From Corallococcus sp. CA047B (GTDB lineage Bacteria; Myxococcota; Myxococcia; Myxococcales; Myxococcaceae): DNA of 36,692 nucleotides. The stretch is from NCBI RefSeq assembly GCF_003612065.1, contig NZ_RAWD01000050.1, positions 1-36,692 of the forward strand, read 5' to 3'. Numbering within the stretch: the stretch's first letter is position 1; each line of letters begins with the position of its first letter. The position numbers and the translations under genes were made by a program. Positions 33,488 to 36,692 of the stretch are shown in pieces. The notes beneath the pieces are model-generated. The model saw only the letters and a list, made by a program, of their open reading frames with translations, had not been told where the DNA came from and did no database searches.

Positions 33488-34885
33488 TTATCGCTGGTAG
33501 CCGATTGCGATGATCTGGCCTGACGCGTCGCTGCTCACGAACAACTCGCCATTGGGGCCCACCCCCAACCCCACCGGCCGATGCGGCCAGCCGGCTGCGG
33601 TGTCGCTGGTGCCGTCGAACTCGAAGAACGGCTCGTAGCGAACCGGCAACCCGTTCTCGAACACCACCCGCGCCACCTCGTAGCCCTGGGCGGGCTGTCG
33701 ATTCCAGGAACCATGGAAGCTGACGAAGGCGTCGTTGACCACCTCGGGCGGGAAGGACGCGCCGTCGTAGAAGATGATGTCGAGCGGCGCAACGTGAGCG
33801 GGCATCGCCAACATTGGAGGCACCACATTGTTGACGTCGCGGCACCACGCATCGGAGTGGGTGCCATCATTCATGAAGCCCGGATCTGCCCACTGTGTCT
33901 TCGGGCCCATTCCCACGCCAGCCGGAAGCAGGAACTCACTGAAGCAATAGGGGTAGCCATAGAACCGCCCGGCTTCAGCGAAGAGATTCAGCTCTTCAGC
34001 GGGATTGTCGGTGTGGATGTCGCCCCCGAGGTCAGCACGGTTGAGGTTGTCTCGCCCGTTTTCCACACCCCACAGCCGGCCCTGGCTGTCGAAACGCAGG
34101 CCCGCTTCGTTCCGAAGGCCATCGGCAAACACCTCGCCGTCCGTGAAGGCCACGTTGCCCGCCTGAACCTGGGCCGCGGTGAAGCGACGAATGCGAGCGC
34201 GCGTCGAGTTGCTGTCCACGTTCGCGGCTGAACCGACGCTCACGTAGAGGCGGCCTTCGGCGTCGAAGATGATGGTCCGGGTGACATGGCCGCCCGCGGG
34301 GATGCCGGTCACCACTTCTTGCTGGCCGCTCAGCGCTGCCCTCATTCCGGTTGCGAACGGCCAACGCAGGACGCGCGTCGCGGAAGAGGCATAGAGAAAT
34401 CCGTCGTGCAGTGTGATGCCATGGTTGAGCCCGCTGACTTCGACCAGCGTCGCCCGTTCGGACGAATCCGAAACGCCGTCACCGTTCGAGTCGTAGAGCG
34501 CGGTGACTCGGCCCGCGCTGCGCTCGACCACCAGGACGTCTCCGTTCGGAGCGACGATCAACCCTCGCGGATCAGAAATGGTCGCCCAGGTCCATGCACA
34601 GTACCCCGCTGGCAACCTCGCATTGGCCACGTTGGCGCTCGCGGGCCCCAGGCAACTGTTCTTGAGAGAAGCGCCGGCATCGGAACTCCCGCCGCCGTCG
34701 GCCACACCGGCGTCACCCGTTGGGTTTTGATCTCCGGCATCGGTCCGATCCCCGGCATCCATTTCGACGCCGGCATCGCTCCCGGTAGAGGACGGGTCTG
34801 AACAACCCAGGAGGACAGAGGCACAGAGCGCTGCGACGAGCCCAAATCGCTGGTGAGACGGGAGGGAGAAGCATCTTCCAGTCAT
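33488..34885 (-). CDS. PQQ-dependent sugar dehydrogenase (soluble glucose/sorbosone dehydrogenase family) lipoprotein
   Basis: MTGRCFSLPSHQRFGLVAALCASVLLGC lipobox, then a DAG-rich linker (DAGVEMDAGDRTDAGDQNPTGDAGVADGG), then an SGDH-type six-bladed propeller (GRLYVSVGS...HGSWNR...GELFVSSDASGQI). Confidence 0.7.
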   Translation of the reverse strand: MTGRCFSLPSHQRFGLVAALCASVLLGCSDPSSTGSDAGVEMDAGDRTDAGDQNPTGDAGVADGGGSSDAGASLKNSCLGPASANVANARLPAGYCAWTWATISDPRGLIVAPNGDVLVVERSAGRVTALYDSNGDGVSDSSERATLVEVSGLNHGITLHDGFLYASSATRVLRWPFATGMRAALSGQQEVVTGIPAGGHVTRTIIFDAEGRLYVSVGSAANVDSNSTRARIRRFTAAQVQAGNVAFTDGEVFADGLRNEAGLRFDSQGRLWGVENGRDNLNRADLGGDIHTDNPAEELNLFAEAGRFYGYPYCFSEFLLPAGVGMGPKTQWADPGFMNDGTHSDAWCRDVNNVVPPMLAMPAHVAPLDIIFYDGASFPPEVVNDAFVSFHGSWNRQPAQGYEVARVVFENGLPVRYEPFFEFDGTSDTAAGWPHRPVGLGVGPNGELFVSSDASGQIIAIGYQR

Positions 34886-35321
34886 GGTGTTATTGCCTCA
34901 AAGAAAGAGGGGTTTGCTGCGGCCCGTGTTCCTTGTCGAGCGCTCCAGTGCTCCTGGCCGGGCGATCGACAGAAATACGCCCCGAGCCCGCGGGGCACCA
35001 GGGACTGAAATTGAATGGGCTTTAAAGGAGAGATTTAAAATGGGGTGCGCCCTGCGGGCATTGAAGAGGACACCGACGCGGCGATGCTTCACTTCGCACT
35101 GGGCCAGAGCGCGAGGGCAAGTACGAGATCGCGCCGCGGGTCGTTCTCGTAATCCAGGCTGGCGGTTGAGGTCTGGCAGCATACCAGCGCCCCCCTACCG
35201 TAGGTTCAACTGGTGCGAGGTGGTCGTGCCGAACAGCGCATTGCCGGGTACGCACGAGGTGTGAAGTGTGAGGCAGCGTCGCTCATTGACACTCGCGCGC
35301 TGTTGGGGCCACGCTGCGACG

Positions 35322-36035
35322 ATGACCAATACTCGTCACAGTGGCTCCCTTCGACAAGCGCTGACTGTAGTGGCTGCGTTCGCGCTCATGCTCGGCATCG
35401 GCAACGAGGCTGAGGCTCAACAAACGGGCAAGACGACCCGATACTGGGATTGTGCCAAAGGAAGCGCTTCGTGGACTGGGAAAGCCTCAGTTACCGGTCC
35501 GGTTAAAGCTTGCGCAAGCGATGGCGTCACCGTGCTCAGTCCGAATGCGCAAAGCGGTGCGAATGGTGGTACTGCCTTCATGTGTAACAACAATCAGCCA
35601 TGGGCTGTGAATGATAGTCTGGCGTATGGGGTTGCCGCAGCGTATGTGCCCGGCGGGTCAGAAGCCACTTTGAGCTGCGCCTGTTACGAATTGACATTCA
35701 CCAGCGGGTCCGCGAATGGCAAGAAGATGGTGGTTCAGGTTGTTAATACGGGAGGGCCTTCGGGTGACACCCATTTCGACCTGCTAATCCCTGGCGGGGG
35801 TGTTGGCATGTTCAATGCCTGTACGCCTCAGTGGAATGCTCCCTCCAGTGGTTGGGGTGCCCAGTACGGCGGCATCAGCAGTCGAGATCAATGCTCCATG
35901 CTGCCGTCTCAATTGCGGCCGGGCTGTTATTGGCGATTCGATTGGTTCAAGAACGCGGATAATCCTACCGTGAGCTTCAAGCCGGTCGCCTGTCCCACGG
36001 CAATCACCAATAAAACTGGCTGCATCCGCAAGTAA
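35322..36035 (+). CDS. glycoside hydrolase family 45 endo-beta-1,4-glucanase (eukaryote-like, cf. fungal EGV), secreted
   Basis: Signal peptide [32 protein letters not shown]. The mature part aligns almost residue-for-residue with Humicola EGV: TTRYWDC... vs STRYWDCC (catalytic Asp); [42 protein letters not shown] vs [50 protein letters not shown] vs [22 protein letters not shown] (second catalytic Asp); [36 protein letters not shown]. The gene is ~56% GC with many A/T-ending codons. Confidence 0.85.
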   Translation: [237 protein letters not shown]

Positions 36036-36178
36036 GGTAGGCGAACGTATCGTTGACCCCCTGCGCGGGCCGGGTTCCTTCGGGGACTCGGCCCTTTGCT
36101 TTCTGAGGGAGTGATCGGGCGAATGAGCTAACCCAGAGCCCGTTTGACGCGATCGCCGAGGTTTGATCTCCTCGGGGC

Positions 36179-36316
36179 ATGAGCGAAGGACTTCCCACGC
36201 CGGAGAAGTTGCGGCGGACCATCGTGCGCGCTTTCCACGAGGAGGGCCTCTCGTACGAGCAGATTGCCCACTTGCTGGGCATCGGAGAGGCCACGGTCAG
36301 TGCAATACCTCCATGA
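36179..36316 (+). pseudogene. IS630/Tc1-mariner-family transposase N-terminal fragment (remnant)
   Basis: MSEGLPTPEKLRRTIVRAFHEEGLSYEQIAHLLGIGEATVSAIPP* contains the IS630-family N-terminal HTH (LSYEQIA.LLGIGEATVSR...). It is truncated after 45 aa and the rest of the transposase is absent. Confidence 0.5.
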
Positions 36317-36352
36317 TTCGCGAGTACGGATGGGCGCCCGTGGGCCAACGGT

Positions 36353-36462
36353 GGAGGCGGAGGGAATCGAACCCACGGCCGGCGTTGCGAAAACCCCAGC
36401 AGAATCGCGCCCTTACCTCGCAACCGCCCGGAACCACTCGGATTCGACTTCCCTCCGCGTCC
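36353..36462 (-). ncRNA. tRNA-like element: canonical T-arm plus acceptor-like 3' strand closed by a 12-bp inverted repeat; possible tRNA-like gene or tRNA-derived att remnant
   Basis: The minus strand reads ...GCCGGCCGUGGGUUCGAUUCCCUCCGCCUCCA (T-loop UUCGAUU, stem GUGGG/CCCUC, then CGCCUCC-A). The only partner for the acceptor strand is GGACGCGGAGGG ~95 nt upstream (plus 36451-36462), giving an 11/12-bp closing helix. I could not fold a standard 76-nt cloverleaf. Confidence 0.3.
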
Positions 36463-36692
36463 CGCCCTGTCCCGGTTCGTCCCAACCCGTTCCGCAGCCT
36501 CCTGCGACATACGTGCAACATGGCGCCAGCCCCCGAGCAGTGAGGGCCGGCACCTGGGCGCCGTCCTACCACGGTGATCACGGCGGTTGAGGCGGGTAGC
36601 CGCAGTAGGCGAACCAGGTCGCTGCGTCCTGTGGCCGCACGGTTGCGAGTGCCTCTCGCATCGCTTCGCGGAGGGCCACATGCGTGCGGGCG

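Noticed and set aside
34884-35264. 126-aa plus ORF in the low-GC spacer upstream of GH45
   Set aside because: Atypical codon usage, no SD, and it runs through an AT-rich promoter-like stretch (TTTAAAGGAGAGATTTAAAATGGGG). More likely non-coding regulatory DNA.
36004-36681. 225-aa minus-strand ORF across the IS-remnant/tRNA-like region
   Set aside because: Arg/Pro/Gly-rich translation with no motifs. It spans structural-RNA-like and non-coding sequence and conflicts with the IS630 fragment on the other strand.
36353-36692. tmRNA (ssrA) hypothesis for the T-arm/acceptor-like element
   Set aside because: The plus strand has GGATTCGAC (36440-36448), reminiscent of the tmRNA 5' end, and the minus strand has a tRNA-like 3' end. 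But neither orientation yields a GGGG... acceptor start, a resume codon/tag reading frame (ANDxxYALAA-like) or room for pseudoknots; the enclosed loop is only ~27-85 nt. Kept only as an unresolved tRNA-like element.

Overview
This ~36.7 kb window is very high-GC (~68-70%) and looks like a myxobacterial chromosome (Myxococcus/Corallococcus-like): it has a MYXO-CTERM sorting tail, many lipobox lipoproteins and GC3-biased codon usage. I support 29 protein-coding genes from the sequence plus a transposase remnant and a tRNA-like element; many long ORFs in the six-frame track are antisense or off-frame artefacts of the high GC. The most striking feature is a full-length bacterial homologue of the eukaryotic major vault protein (MVP; MVP repeats, shoulder, cap-helix and cap-ring regions all alignable to human MVP). 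It sits in an apparent operon with a lipoprotein and a MYXO-CTERM HExxH metalloprotease (1-nt TGATG overlap), preceded by two tandem GDSL lipase paralogues. Other notable content: (1) two lipoproteins share a near-identical N-terminal Ig-like module fused to different beta-propellers (Kelch vs RCC1), with a second RCC1 lipoprotein and a membrane acyltransferase between them. (2) A eukaryote-like GH45 endoglucanase gene of clearly lower GC lies at the window end, next to an IS630-family transposase fragment and a tRNA-like element. (3) A long-form biopterin-type phenylalanine hydroxylase sits with a LysR regulator and an SDR. (4) A P450 gene and an antibiotic-biosynthesis-monooxygenase (ABM-domain) gene overlap by TTGA, with a divergent ArsR regulator. 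(5) There is a probable homopolymer frameshift in an outer-membrane protein gene, an RdgC-like gene split into two overlapping ORFs, and a low-GC alpha/beta-hydrolase islet. Everything here comes from reading the sequence and recalling protein families; no database search was run.
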